Source: the human T2T-CHM13v2.0 reference genome, Homo sapiens
Length of the DNA: 64,000 nucleotides
Assembly: GCF_009914755.1 (NCBI RefSeq)
Contig: NC_060935.1
Direction: 5' to 3' (one strand)
The position numbers and the translations under genes were made by a program. Below, in pieces: positions 1 to 13,221 of this stretch. Position 1 is the first letter of the stretch. The number at the start of each line of letters is the position of its first letter. The notes under the pieces were generated by a model. That model was not told the DNA's origin. It made no database searches and saw only the letters and a list, made by a program, of their open reading frames with translations.

Positions 1-280
1 GCACTATCCTCTTAGTACTGTTCTCTTGATAACGAGTGAGTTCTCTTGGCCTCACCCCCCTTGCTCCCTCTTCTTCCTCCTGCTCCAGTCATGTGAAGTA
101 TCGGCTTCCCCTTTGCTTTCCGCCATGATGGTAAGTTTCCTGAGGTCTCCCCAGAAGCCCAGCAGATGCTGTCATGCTTCCTGTACTGCCTGCAGAATGT
201 GAGTCAATTAAACCTCTTTTCTTTATAAATTACGCAGTCTCAGGTATTTCTTTGTAGCAGTGCGAGAACGGACTAATACA
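1..280 (+). mobile_element. MaLR LTR (MST-type), 3' portion, truncated by the window edge
   Basis: Typical MST text 'ccatgatggtaagtttcctgagg..ccccagaagc', 'aattaaacctcttttctttataaattac', and terminus 'gaacggactaataca' ending at 280. Confidence 0.9.
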
Positions 281-284
281 ATCA

Positions 285-380
285 GGACAGAGACTTGGTC
301 TCTCCTGTCTACCACTGTCTATCCGGAATTTAGCATGGTACTTGGCACATTCTAGGCACTCAATAAATACTTACTGGATT
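285..380 (+). mobile_element. L2 3' end
   Basis: 'tagcatggtacttggcacattctaggcactcaataaatacttact' matches the L2 tail. Confidence 0.7.
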
Positions 381-1519
381 ACTTTCTTTAAAAATATATA
401 TTAAAAATATTTAAATAACCTATCTACTTCAAGGATCAAGCAATCACCTCTAGGTTTTCATAAGAAATTAACACAGGTCTTCACACAGAAAGCAGCTCCA
501 GTGACAAACCAGTCCTGTCTTCAAATGTGCAGGGTCTAATTTAAGCCTATTCAAGAAGGACTGTTCCATTTCTCTCCATGTACAAAACTCAAAGCTCTGG
601 CTTGGGCAACCACAAGTACACTAGGGTGAAAGTATCTCAAGAAGTCCATGTCTCATGCTTTTCTGCAGCTCCTTCCTCTCTCCACCCTATGTTTTGCCTC
701 CATTCAGTGAATGCCTCTTAAGTGGACTTAATTTCAAATTATATATTATATCTAATATAGTATACCAAATTATATCTAATTCACTGCCTTCTCTCCCAAC
801 ATTTTAAAACCAATTTGCATTATTAGCATTATTGACTTGATGGTTGTCTATAGATCAATACCTGTATTTATGAATATTTTCTGAAGTTACTTTCTTGAAT
901 TGATTGTTGGTCAGAGAGGCTCAGTACTTCTCTAGCCACATCTCTTCCCTGTTCCCTGAGTTCACCTTGTCCTCAATTCAGCATTTAGTTCACCGAATTA
1001 ACTGAAATTGTATTTCCCCACTTTCCTATAGGGTCTCCAGGATGTAAGTCAGAGATCAGGCTGCGGTGTAGAGCCACCATTTCCTTGACCTAATTTGGAC
1101 TCTTCTCAAACTCACCACAAAGCACCTTAGGCATAATGATCAGTTGCATGTAAGGTGTTGATGCCCTCACTTTGGTCATCTTAGGCCACTAACATACTAG
1201 TTCAAGGAGTAGAAGGAGGTCAGCAGGTCAGATATTTGCTGGGGCCTATTATGGAGGGCTTAGGAACTCACTCATGCCAAGGAGGCACAGGATAAGAATA
1301 AAAGCTCATTTCCTGCCCTGGAAGAAATTGGGTTTTAGTTGGGAAGACAAGACCAATAGGCAGTAAATGGTCTTGGCCTTGCCTGTGTCTGAAGCCTCCT
1401 CTCTTCAAGATTCTGCTTCAAGATTCCTTTTATTTAAGCATCCCTCTATATAGCTGAAGATTCCAGGAAGAGGAACTGGAATAACTGGTGAGGTCCACTA
1501 GGTCTTTGTTAAATGTTGC

Positions 1520-1715
1520 ATTGGCTATGGAATCAGAGTTTGGGTTTTACCCCTGGTTCTATTTCCTCCTCTCTGGGTGACCTTGGGTGGCATATTTAAC
1601 CTCCCTAAGCCTCTGTGTTTTCATTTGAAATGTGGGGATAGTAAAAGTACCTACCCCTGGGTTGCTGCAGTGCTTATGTGTCTATGACCTAGTAAAGGCT
1701 CAACAAATGTTGGTG
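1520..1715 (+). mobile_element. MIR SINE
   Basis: 'gtgaccttgggtggcatatttaacctccctaagcctctgtgttttcatttgaaatgtggggatagtaa' MIR core. Confidence 0.8.
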
Positions 1716-1744
1716 AATATTATTCTAATTGCTAGACTGTGATA

Positions 1745-1992
1745 ATCTTAGCTAACAATGAAGTATTTACTGTGTGCCAGACATTGTCCTAAGCACTTTA
1801 CAAATATTAACTCATTTAACCCTTATAAATAATTCAGTGAGTTAAGTACTATTATTTGCCTCGTATTATAGATAGAAACTGGGGGTAGTGAGAGGCTAAC
1901 AAAATTGCCTGAAGTCACAAAATAAATGCTGGAGACAGGATTTTGAACCCAGGAGGTTTGGCTCCAAAAGTCATGCTCTAAACCATTAGACT
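1745..1992 (-). mobile_element. MIR SINE, near full length
   Basis: 'tgtgccagacattgtcctaagcactttacaaatattaactcatttaa...gatagaaactg...tttgaacccagg..ggctccaaa'. Confidence 0.85.
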
Positions 1993-2543
1993 ATCAATCA
2001 TCATAATAATCATTTAATGAGTTACTATAAATTTTAGTTACTAATAATCATGATTTATTTTTATTAATGATGGATGGCTGGCCTACTCAAATAGGTCCCC
2101 GGGCAGCTAGGGTGATTGGGATGGGGTTTGGGCTGGTAGCGTGTTAAGAAGCCATCCAAGCTCACTGAAGTTCAAAAGAGTCTTCCAGTTCCAGGCAGGA
2201 ACCAAAGATCTAAACAGGAAACCAGGGCAGAAGCCCAGTTGTGTGTGTTGGGCTAATATGGTAGGAGTGGGAATGGAATATGAGATAGCCTGGTAAGCCC
2301 TGGGTACTTTGGGAAAAGGGTTGGAAGAAGGGCATCTGAACCTCCAGGCTTCACCTACCAGGAGGGCTGAGGCTTCCACTGGGTGTCTCACTGTATCAAG
2401 GTGGACTCTAGGGCTAAGTGGGTCACAACCTGCAAGGGAAAGGTCCCAGTAACTTGGCAAAGAAGGGCTAGAGAAGGTGCAAGCTAATGTCTTCTTTCTG
2501 GAAGTCTCTGCTCTCCCTGCCCACAAAGTCCCAGGAATCCTAA

Positions 2544-2605
2544 GGCTCAGAGATGCTTCTTGAGCTGGACGTATGGCTCAGAGATCCTTCTTGAGATGGA
2601 AGTAT
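2544..2605. repeat. 31-bp tandem duplication (2 copies)
   Basis: ggctcagagatgcttcttgagctggacgtat / ggctcagagatccttcttgagatggaagtat, 3 mismatches. Confidence 0.9.
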
Positions 2606-3419
2606 CTACTCTTGAGGTGCGAAAGCCAATTTCAGGAAAGTCTGTTGATCTAAGCTGAGTTGCTTGCATTGCCACTGGATGTCTGAGTAAAGATGAGCTC
2701 TCCTCCAGGGACCATGGTCTGTCAATTCCAGCTTTATCATTAATTATCAGGCCTTGGATTTTTCCCCCTGGACATCCACTGCTGATCAGGTCCTTGAAAC
2801 ATGCTCACTTTGGTTTTCTTCAGAGTCAAAGATTTTGTCCTTTCTCCCTCCCTCTTGTTTAGGTATCATTTTTGAGAGCAGTCATGGTGGTGTGAAGCAA
2901 TTTAGGATGAGAACACTGTCCTGCAGCCACAGGACCTCAGCCTCAACAACCTACCAACCTACCGTGGCTTAGTGGGGCCAAAAGTGAAATCCTAATGTAT
3001 TAACTGGCCTCCAAAGACCAGCTGTATCCTCCTCTGGGTGCTCTCATCACAGCTGCCTCCGCTGCAGGTGCTCCCCAGCTGAAGACACTCTGCATCAACT
3101 TCCTTTCAGAGTGAGATCGTTTTCTGTGTTGTGCAGCAGAAATAACAGATTTTCTTATTTACCTAAAAACATGGAAAGTCTAAGAACAATCTAAGAGGTT
3201 GCCTCATACTGTCAATTCTTTTCAGCCAGGCCCACAGAACCATGTGAGAAAGCCTTTTTAATAGAAAAACAAAAACAAGGAAGTCAGCTCTTCTTGAAAG
3301 AGAAACTTCTCCACTCAGCAACTTTCTACTCACCCTCTTTCATTTAACAAGCAATGTTGATTGCTTACTGTGAACGTCAGACTCAGATTACAATTGGTGG
3401 CTGGGAAGAGTGAAAAGAG

Positions 3420-3625
3420 CATGGGCCTGATCCATGGTCAAATCCCAGCTCTGGCTCATGTAAGTTGTGTGACACTGAGAAAGTTACTTAACTCCTCTGA
3501 CCATCAGCTTCTTTATCTGCGAAGTGAAGATCTTTATGCCAGCCTTTCAGAGCTGATGTGAGAATTAGCATTTCTCAAACACCTAGCTGAGGCCTTCAAG
3601 TCAGTCCTTAAGAATACTCACTGCT
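3420..3625 (+). mobile_element. MIR SINE
   Basis: 'tcaaatcccagctctgg..tgtgtgacactgagaaagttacttaactcctctga'. Confidence 0.75.
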
Positions 3626-4384
3626 TTTACCATTTCTACTACTAATCATGGTTAATAAGACATGCTCACTGCACTAAAAAGGTCCAAAGTGTTACTGGTG
3701 GATGGGAAGCCTGTTATCTATAGTGGGATCCAGTGAGGAAGAGGTCAACTCTACCGGGATGGAATGGGCAAGACAGACTTCAAGGGAGACTCATGAGCAC
3801 AATCTTTTCAAAACAAAAGGTCTGTGGCAAGAGGCTTAAAACGTAGATACATCCTGAGAAGTACAAGCTTTAGAAGGAGATGCGGAACCTCTGACCGAGC
3901 ACAGGGACTACAAAGGGCTCAGGGGCCAGCTTCTAGCAATGCGGTCATCCACCAAAGGCTTTTAAGCTGGGTAAAGAGAAGGCCAGATTTGTCCTTGAGA
4001 TAATCAGTCTGGCTGCATTCGAGACAGACTAGAGGGATGAGGCTAGGAGGGAAGCTGGGACAGAGCTGCAGAGCCGAGGCTGATCTAGGCCCAAGGAAAG
4101 TGTCCCTAACTTCATTTGTGAAGCCACTGGTCACCCTTGCCAGCAACTTCTAGCAGCCTGGCCACAGCAGCCCAAATCCTGAAGGCTGTGGGCCTGGCTG
4201 CCTCAGAGCCGACCTGTGGAGGGTCCTTTCAGGAACCAACTGCAAAACCATCCACCCAAGCTGTTCCTCTCTGACTCTGCTGGCGCAGGGGCTCCTCTGC
4301 TTCAGGCCCTCTGATCCCTGCACCACTCAAGTCTGGAGCCACGGACAGGGTGACTGGGCTGCTGCCCTAGCCTGTACCAGTCCA

Positions 4385-4720
4385 ATTAATTCAATTCCAT
4401 GCAGTTAAATGATGTTTTTGTGTGGATCCTGTGCTCATCTTTGAGGGTTGTATGACACTGTAAGAGACAAGGCACACGAGCTTTATAGTAAAAGAGACAC
4501 AGCTGTTCTGTAACCCAAAGCTGAGTGCTGGAAAATACTCAAGAGAGGGCTGAGTGACAGTGTTCCACTCAGGGATATGGGAGACAGGGCCAGGGATCCT
4601 CCTTGGCAGCATCAGAAAAGCTTTATAGAAGAGGAGCACACTTGCCTGGGCCTGGAGACTAAGAAGGCCCTTGATAGTCAAAGGATGAGAAAGGGGCATT
4701 TAGGCCGAGGGAAGGTGTGT
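4385..4720 (-). mobile_element. L2 fragment
   Basis: 'attcaattccatgcagttaaatg...ggcagcatcagaaaagctttatagaagagg' antisense L2 3' region. Confidence 0.55.
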
Positions 4721-4899
4721 GGGGAAAGTGCTGTTGCCTGTGGTGGCTAGACCACAGTAAGGAAAGGAGGTGAGAGAAGACCAGGGCAAGATAGGTGGGC
4801 TGAGGTCGTGCTGGGAAGGGCCTGAGGTCACTTTCTATTTTCTTCCCTAAGGCAAGAAATGGTCACATAAGGAGCAAGACAGTAATTTTCATTCAGTAC

Positions 4900-5540
4900 T
4901 AATTATGCCCCTGGTAGTGTGCATTATATGAACTCTACATGCACACATTTAGTCTGCATTTTATAACCATCCTCAGAAGCAAATATTATCACCATGCCCA
5001 TTTACAACCAAAGAAACCAAGGCTTAGAGGGATTATGTGGCCTACCCGAGGCTGCTGAGGCAGAAATGGAACTCAAATTATGCATTCCAGCCCAATGATG
5101 CCCCCTCTGTACAATACCAACTCCCTAAATGGTGGAGGCAGATGTATGTCCTTCATTCAAACAGCCAAGAAAACCTAGACTCATCATCACCACCACTGCT
5201 GCCATAGTCGTGGACTCCAAATTTTATTTCGTAAGGGAGAAAATGTACCAGATGTGCCTCTTTGTAACAGGATCTTTTAAGATTCCTGAGGATATATGTT
5301 TAAGTAAAATCAACCACTATCAGACCACCTGTGCTCACTGATGACTTACCATGTGCAAGGTGCTTCCACTCCATGTTCATAATAACCATCACAACAACCC
5401 TATAAAGTCGGTTTTACTCCCCCAGTTTTATAGTTGAGGACATGGAGGCTCAGAGAGGCAATGTGAATTGCCCCAGATGCAGAGTGGCAGCGGGAACTAG
5501 AAGCACGTGTTGTGGTGCTTGGGCCCAACTGTTCACCTCA
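4900..5540 (-). mobile_element. Two MIR fragments (about 4900-5115 and 5330-5540)
   Basis: 'cccatttacaaccaaagaaaccaaggcttagag' and 'cccagttttatagttgaggacatggaggctcagagagg'. Confidence 0.75.
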
Positions 5541-5559
5541 AACTCAGAGCGCCAACAAC

Positions 5560-5850
5560 CCAATCCTCACCGTTTCTCTCCAAAGGGTCCTCTTCTGCTG
5601 ATCCCCATCTCAATAAGTGATGCCACCTTCCACCGGCCGCACAAGCTAGAAACCTAGGTCACTCCTGACACCGCTCTCTCCTGCACTGAACCCCCTAGAT
5701 CTAAGCCATCTTTGAGTCCTGCTGGTTCTAACTCCTCAATCTCTCCCAATTCTGTCCACTTCTCACCATCTCTGTTTCTACTACCCTATTCAAGCCATAG
5801 TCATCTCTCACCTGAGCTTCCACAATGGCCTCCCAACCAGTCTCCCTGCA
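5560..5850 (+). mobile_element. L2 fragment
   Basis: 'ccccatctcaataagtgatgccacc...aagctagaaacctagg...catctctcacctgagc..caatggcctcc'. Confidence 0.7.
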
Positions 5851-6453
5851 CTCGTCCTCATAGAAGATGTGACCCCAGCCCTGGTGACAGGCCCCAGCAT
5901 GGCTCAGCCACTCTCAGCAGCCCCATTTCCTTTTGCTCGCCATTCTTTCCTTTCCTCAAACACTCCATTCTGCGTGACCCTGGGCTTTTTGCTCTCTCTG
6001 TGTCTCAGCTGCCTTCTCTGCAAAAGCACAAGAATTGCCCAGGCCCCCCAGATCCAAGATTCCCCAATAAGGATCTTCCAGGTGGGGAGGATGAAAACTG
6101 AGAGGATATGGAGACCTAGAGATCTGAGCAGCACCGTGCTCTCCCACATGGGAGACCTCAACTTGGAGCCAAGGCCAGTGGGATGGCAGGAGCCTGCACT
6201 CCCTCTCCTCCTACCCCATCCTGGGCTTCTCAGACAGCTTCAGCCACCAACAATTGGGAGATGTTGGTCTGATGTAACTGAATGCCAACAAGGCTGCACA
6301 GGGCCCAGGGAATTGCCTCAGAAGCTGCTACTGGTAAGAAGGTGGCTCAGGCTGGGTGGAGAGGCCGGAGGCAGAGCTTGGCACTGAATGAGGAGCCACG
6401 GGCCTAATCCTCAAGGAGTCTGGAGTCCCAGGAGTTTGGGCAGCCTAGAGATC

Positions 6454-6870
6454 AAGGGCCTTCGCCTTTTTGTCCCATGGACCTTTTTGAAACTTACAAA
6501 CCCTTTCTCAGAGAAATGTTTCTAAATTCATAAAATGAAAATAAGATTACAAAGAAAACCGATTATATTCAAATAGCTATCAAAATGTTAAAATGAAAAA
6601 TTTGTGAGACAGTTAGATTTTTCTTCCTTTTTTTTCAGTCATAACAAGATCTAACGGCAGGTCTATTAACTATCATAACCGTGAGGTAGTGATGAGTGTA
6701 AGTGATATTTTGAGGTATCTGCAACAACTATAATGGGATACAAAAATATCTGATTCCTCCTGGTAACAAAGTCCCAGAGACTGCTAATGCTATTGTGGTT
6801 TATTACCCATATTCACAGTGGGAGAAAATGGTAACTTTCAGTTATTTTTTCCCAGCCACATGCTCACATT
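6454..6870 (+). mobile_element. hAT-Charlie non-autonomous DNA transposon (MER113-like)
   Basis: 'ccatggacc...ttctcagagaaatgttt...aacaagatctaacggcaggtct...tatctgcaacaact...ctgctaatgctattgtggttt'. Confidence 0.7.
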
Positions 6871-6889
6871 ACCAACCTCTAATTGACAG

Positions 6890-7200
6890 CAGTGACCTCA
6901 CTTTACAGAAGAGGAAACTTGAACTCCCAAAGGGGCAGGGGCTTGCACAGGGCTACACGGCACGTTAGAGTTAACTCGAGGCTAGCACAGGCCCCTGGTG
7001 CCTCCCAGGCCATGCCACCCACTCTGCAGAGCCACCTCCTGAGTGCGAGACCCACAGAACAATCATTTCACTTCTCTGGGCCTTAGTTTCCTCACCCGTA
7101 AAATGGGAATAACCACACCCACTTTTGCAAGCTGCTGTGAGGACGGAATGAGAAAAGGAGCAGGAAAGGGCCTTGTTACCTGGACAGTGCTCTGTACTTG
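6890..7200. mobile_element. Two MIR fragments in opposite orientation
   Basis: 'tttacagaagaggaaact' (-) then 'ccttagtttcctcacccgtaaaatgggaataa' (+). Confidence 0.7.
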
Positions 7201-7264
7201 GGTATATCAGTAACAGGCAAGTAATTATTATGCACTATCTGATGAGAAACCAAAGGATATGAAG

Positions 7265-7545
7265 CTCAGAGTGGCAAAGCAGAATGCCTATAGAGATAAG
7301 ATAATAAGGAGGGGTGGGGACTATGGTAAACTCTAGAACTCATGCCCTTCTGAAAAAAGGAGCATCCACTCACCACCAGTGGAGGATGGCGAGCCTAGTG
7401 TTAACAAATCTGACTTTCTAAGAGATGGTGGAAGTCCACATGTTTGGTAAAATGTCCTTGTTTCTATATTAAATTCTTTGGTATTAAAAACAGAATGTGA
7501 GCCCCAAAACATATCTATATGCTGTCAGTTTGCAGCCCCTTGGGT
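7265..7545. mobile_element. MER102-like hAT element
   Basis: 'tcagagtggcaaa...tgcctata...gtggggactatggtaaactctagaactcatgccc...cagtttgcagcccct'. Confidence 0.55.
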
Positions 7546-9889
7546 TTACAGGTAGGCGAATTTCATTGCCTTGGGAAGGAAAAGATGAAGCAGGTCAGTG
7601 TTTTTCCCATACAGGCCAAGAGGGTCCTCATCCCATCCTGGCCCTGGAGGTCAGATGGGGCCCATACAGGGTGGGCATTCTTGTGATAGCCACCAAGGCC
7701 TCCCAGACAAGAAAGTTAGCTACACATTTGTGCTCCAGCCCTTGGCTTCTGGGGGACTGCCTGGTTTTATTAATAACCCTGGATCGTGCTCATAGCACAT
7801 CAAGGTAAACAGAGACATTCCCAGGGTGTGTACTGTAGGCAATTCTAACAGATGAAGAAGAAGCAGGTTTCCAAATATAAATACGAAGATAAGATAAGCA
7901 GGCAGAGATCCAAGTCGGCTTCATACTGAGTTGCAGGCTGTGAGCCATAGACTTAGAGAATCGTGGCTCACTGGGGCTGGAAGGGGCCCTCATTTGGAGG
8001 ATAGAGAAACAGGCCCAGAGAAAAGACAAGACTTCCCAAGATTCATTAGATACTTCTGATTTCTTATAGCATCGGTTTCCTCACCTGAAGAAGCTCACAA
8101 ATCCACTCACAGTTTCCAGAATGTGTCATCCTCTCCCCATCCCAGTGCTGCTGCCCATGCTGTTCCCCCATCTCTGGCCATGTCAGACTTGACTGCCAAG
8201 ATAATCTGGGTCTGCCTGTGGGAGCCTGTCCTGACCCTTCCAGGCAGGGCTGGATGTGGTGCTGCTCAGCACCTCAGCCCCTGTGTCTCTGGCTCCAGCA
8301 ACACATGCCACATGGAATTACCACTGTCGGTGTGTCTGCCACTCCCAAACCCCTGACGCAGGGTCCTGCCTTAGCCAGCTCAGTCTACCCAGGGCCCAGC
8401 ACAGGCCCCGGCACAAAGGAGGTACTCTAGAAACAGATGCCAAATGAAACAGAGGCCAAATAAAATGAAGAACAATGCCTGATGTCAGTTCCCTCTCTCA
8501 GTGGCATAAGGAGGTTGCAAGCAAAGACTGCCATGGAATAGCTCACCAGACACCATCTTGATATTAAGTTAACATGTCAAATGGTCCCAAGTCTAAGATA
8601 ATAAGACTTTGGCCTATCATACCAAAGGCCAGCCAAAACTCTGATAAGGATGATATCTATCTTGTGAATAAAGGAGAGCAGCAAAATAAGTTGTTTTGGG
8701 GGTCCAATAGGTGCCAGGCTCTAGCCTGAATACGCACTCATATGGCCTCCCTGAATTCCCTAGCTTCTGAAGAAGATACGATACACCTATTTTAGAGGTG
8801 GCTGAATAACACCCATGGCCAGAAGAAGAGAAGAGAAGGCAGGACTGAATCTAAGCCACATAACTTCAGAGTTCTTTCCACTCAATCAAAGTTGCCCTGT
8901 AGTTAACAACGGGCAGCTTTCATCCTGCCTGTTCTAGACCATGGCTTGTCCCAGGCATGGAGCAGCTGAGGCAGGGGAGCTTGGAATAAATTATTTCCCC
9001 ATCCCCTTCACTCTGAGTCCTGTTTTTCCAGCCCTGCCACTGACACAGGTCTGGGGCTTGGGAAGAGGGGATGATTATGGGGGATGGCTGATGCTTTCTA
9101 GGAAAAGAAATAAAATGCAAAAACAGAGAAGCCTGAAGCCCCCACTCACTACAGCAACTAAGTGGGTAGGAGAGGGTTCTGTTCAGCCTTTTTTAAAAAA
9201 TAAATTATTATTTAAACATTATTTACATTTCTGTGTTACCCCTAGAAAACTTTGGTTTAGAGAGTGACTGCTTGGAGATGAAAGTCTTCAGGTTAATTCA
9301 TTCCTTCATCAGCCTAATACTAACGATTCAAATAGCAGCAAGATGGGACAAGACGGGTCTTGGCGAATGTCGTAGCTAACACAATGGAAACCATTCTGAT
9401 TGCTCAGAGTGTACATAGGGCATTTCTAGCTTCTGACCGGACAAAATCCTGCATCCAACAATAATTAGTACACTGAATTCCCCCGTATCCTAAATGGATG
9501 AGGCAGAGGCTTGGAGTCAGAGACAATGAAATCTCAAACCCACCTAACCTCTCTGATCCTTGGTTTCTGTGCCTATGCCTCACAGGACTTCTGCGATGAC
9601 AGTGACACAGGTCAGGTAGCTAGCACAGTGTCTGCCCATTAAATGCTGGTCTCCCTGGTTCCCTATGGCACTCACCTCAGAGCCATTGGAGGCTAAGTGC
9701 TGGGGGCAGCTGGGGCATTGAGGGGAACAGACACAGCGGATGTGCTACTTGTTTCCTCAGGCTTTGCCTCCATCGTACTTTGTGAATCCTAGTTTGCAGA
9801 TTGGGCTGATATTTTACAAGCCCACAATACACAGTTTTTTATGAGTCCATAAAAATCTTCAAAGTGAAATCAAATTTATGTGCCTCTTT

Positions 9890-10610
9890 CTGGTTTACAG
9901 ACTAAAGCCCAGCCCTTGAGCTTAACCTTCATGACTCTCCCATGAACCTCCCTCCTAGTGTGTACATGGTGGCCACCACACACGTCTGCTCACCCTTCTC
10001 TAGACAGGTTCTGCCCATCCCTGCCTCTACACCTTTGCTCATGCTCTTCCTCTTTTGGAGCAATCCAAACCCTTCCAGGTTCTACCCCTGCCCACCTGTG
10101 TGAAACATGGCCCTGCAACTTAAGCCCTTGCAGCCTTCTTGGAATTCCGTGATGTTCAGATAAATGGCCATAATTTTGATTTTCTTTTTCCCTGGGATGG
10201 TTTTATTTGCTTCAGGGTCCTGAATGAGTCTCTGAACTGTTCAAGGCCTCCACATACTCACAAGGAGGAGAGCCTCCAAGGCAGGGCTGGTGCAGACCCT
10301 CACCCTGCTATCTTCATGTGAGGAGTTCCTCCTAGCCTTCAAAACCCACAGGAAGAGCTCCCTCCTCCAGGAAGCTTCCCTATTAAGCTGGCCTTGTTCT
10401 CTCCCATCTACAGCTCCCCACAGGACTCCATCTGAATCATTCTCAGAGGACATATCACTTCCTGCCGTGTAGAGTAGTCATTTATGTGGCTTGCCCCTCA
10501 ACACTGTGAGCCAAGGAGGGAACGGACTATGTCTGCTCACTGCCATGGCCCTGGCATCCAGGAAAGGGCTTGACATAAGGGAGATTTCAGTAAATATTTG
10601 CCTGATTCAT
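9890..10610 (+). mobile_element. L2 fragments
   Basis: 'cttcaaaacccac...ctcctccaggaagcttccc', 'ctgtgagccaaggagggaacggact...tcagtaaatatttg'. Confidence 0.55.
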
Positions 10611-10629
10611 AAAAATAATTGCAGGAAAA

Positions 10630-10900
10630 AACAGGTATATAATGCTTACTATGTACCAGGCATTATTGCAAATGCTTTGCATGCATTAGCTTACTTAATA
10701 CTATACATATATTAGCATATTTAAGGTGCACAGCCTCCCTATGAAAGTATGTCCTATAATGATTCCCATTCTTCAGATGAAGAAGTCAAGTCATAGAGAG
10801 GTCAGGTGACACATCCAAGGTTGAGCAAGTGACAGAGCTTCTGCTTGAATCCAGACCATGTTGTTCTAGCAACTGTGTTCTTAACCACTGAGCAATAAAT
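10630..10900 (-). mobile_element. MIR SINE
   Basis: 'tgcttactatgtaccaggcatt...cccattcttcagatgaagaag...ttcttaaccactg'. Confidence 0.85.
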
Positions 10901-12339
10901 ACCACCTCTGAATTTATTCACCTTTATAGCCTCAGTGCCTAGCAAAGAACCAGGCAGCTAGCAAGCACTCAATTAGCATGTGTTCCCAACACTTCTTGGT
11001 TGGAAGGCTGCCACCAGTCGTGGTGAGGTGCAAGATGGAATGGACACCTGCAGAGTGGATCCAACCCCTGCCAAGCCTGCCACTAGCATATTCTGAAGTG
11101 GGCTGTTCCTTTCTCTTAATGAGATGCACAATCTCCACTCCACAGAGCCTTCCCTGCCAGGGCAAGCTACTCACTCCATTCTTAGTAGTAAGCTGACACG
11201 GGAAGGCTGTGTGCTTTGTTTCCATCAGGATTCGCTGCCCACCTAATTCTACATTCATTAAGGCTTCCAGGAAACCCCATCCCTAGTCACTGTCAGAAAT
11301 AATCAGCTTGTCTGTCTGGTGATGCTCCCTGACCTAAAAACGGAAGGCAAGGAAGTAGATCTTGCATCATACTTCTCCGACTTCAGTTGTTTTTATTACT
11401 CTAAGACCCATTTTCAGGCATGCAACATTCACTTTTCCTCAGATTACAAAATGGAAGGGAGTTTCTAGTGTTTGAGAATGCTATTCCAAAGCCAAGTGAA
11501 ATTAATCCTTTCACTTATTTATTCCCAGACCTTGTGCAAAGGGAGCAGGGCTGCAGACAAAGACAACTCCAGCTGAGGGTTCTGAAGATTCTCATCCAGG
11601 TCTCCCCAACAAAGCATGCCAAAACACACGCATCAGACTCTCCTTTCCTGCCAAAATACATCCCATGTCATGTTCTCCAAAAGGATAAGCCTTTGCTAAA
11701 TCCTACACAATCATTTCCAATGTTTGCTGGTAATGGACACCAGAAAGCTAGTGAACTTCCCTTAGCTCTAAATACACTTGCTAATAACTCTTTCACAGAA
11801 AGAGCTCCATTCCTGCTGATTTCAAGGATCTGGAAATCAGACTCCTAACAAATTTCCTTTGACTTTGTTTCACATAATCCTGCTTCTGTCTGCTTCATGC
11901 TCTTCTCCAAGTGTGTTGGGTCCCAGCAGGCCATTGTTCTCCATGAATGATGGCTTCAGACTCAACAAATGGCCTCCATCTATCATCACCGAGCTCCAGC
12001 AGTGACAACAGAGGCTCTTCTGTTTCCCTCCGCAAGCAGGCAGAGTAATGGCCCTGCCTCGGACTCATCTCCCCACTGTCTTGGGACAGATACTAAGATT
12101 ACTGGAGTTCTGGGGAGGGGAGTAAAGGCAGGGCCATTTCCAGTTTCGATGTGAAATCCTTCTGGTCTGTGGAGACCCCATTTATTTTCTCTACTCCCCG
12201 GTGGCCAATCCTTTCTCCCATCCATCCTCCACTCTGCAGCCCAAGCCTTTCTTCTAAACCCGTCATTCATCTCCCTGTTGAGCTCTGAGAATCTAATGAG
12301 ATAATCATGTTTGCAAGTACAGAATGTGCAGAGCTGTTA

Positions 12340-12570
12340 AGGAGGACTGGATTTGCAGTCATGAAGGCCTGGGTTCAAATCCAGCTCAGCCACTTTCAGA
12401 ATGTGTGGCCTTGCAAGAGCTACTTAGCCTCTCCAAGCCTCCGTTTTCTCATCTGCAAAGTAGGAATGATAATGCCTGCCTCGTGGTGTCACCATGAAAC
12501 TCAAGTGAATTATAAAGGCAATGGATACTAATCACTAAGCATAGTGCCTGGCAAACAGAAGGCATTTAAC
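12340..12570 (+). mobile_element. MIR SINE, near full length
   Basis: 'cctgggttcaaatccagctc...gcctccgttttctcatctgcaaagtaggaatgataatgcctgcctc...catagtgcctggca'. Confidence 0.9.
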
Positions 12571-13045
12571 TGGGGCTGCTGTTATTTTTAGAAATGTATG
12601 CTATAATAATATTAATAAGAATTTTATGTCTTCCCTGCAACTCTAGAAAAATGGATGGTGGAGATAAATGAATTGAGTTTACCTGTGGTGTTGAGTCTTG
12701 CTGACCGGAAGTTGGGGCCGGGAAGCCTGGTGGTGCCAGTTCCAACCAGCTCCAGCACAACCCTGGATCTAGCGCAGACCCCAACAGGGGAAAACAAGAT
12801 CTACCTCACAGTTCTGTTGTGAGTACTCGTGGTTACACAGTTAAATGTCAGTCTTTGGTTCCCGGCATACAATAGGTGCCAGAGAAAGTTTGGCTAGTCA
12901 TATTAGTTACTTATTTGTTAGATGCTTTATGGGAGTCTAGGACATTTTGCAAGGTGCTAGATGACTTTTGGAGGAGGAAGAGGAAAAGGGGTAGAAAAGG
13001 GGAGTAAGACATAATCCATATACTCATGGAGCTCACAGGGTAATG

Positions 13046-13221
13046 CAGTGATTCTCAGCCTTGGCTACACATCACAGTCACTTAGAAAACTTTAAAAAAT
13101 ATTGGTGCCCTGGCTCCATACCCAGAAACTCTGATTTAACTGGTCTGTGTGAGGCCTGGGTTTCAGTATTTGGCAGAAACTTCTCAGGTGATTCTAATGT
13201 GGCCAGGGCCAAGAACAGCTG
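13046..13221. mobile_element. MER5-family hAT MITE inserted in an antisense L2 remnant
   Basis: Termini 'cagtgattctcagccttggct' and 'caggtgattctaatgtggccagggccaagaacagctg'. Confidence 0.8.

Noticed and set aside
4330-4352. REST/RE1 site
   Set aside because: Only the right half (cacggacag) matches
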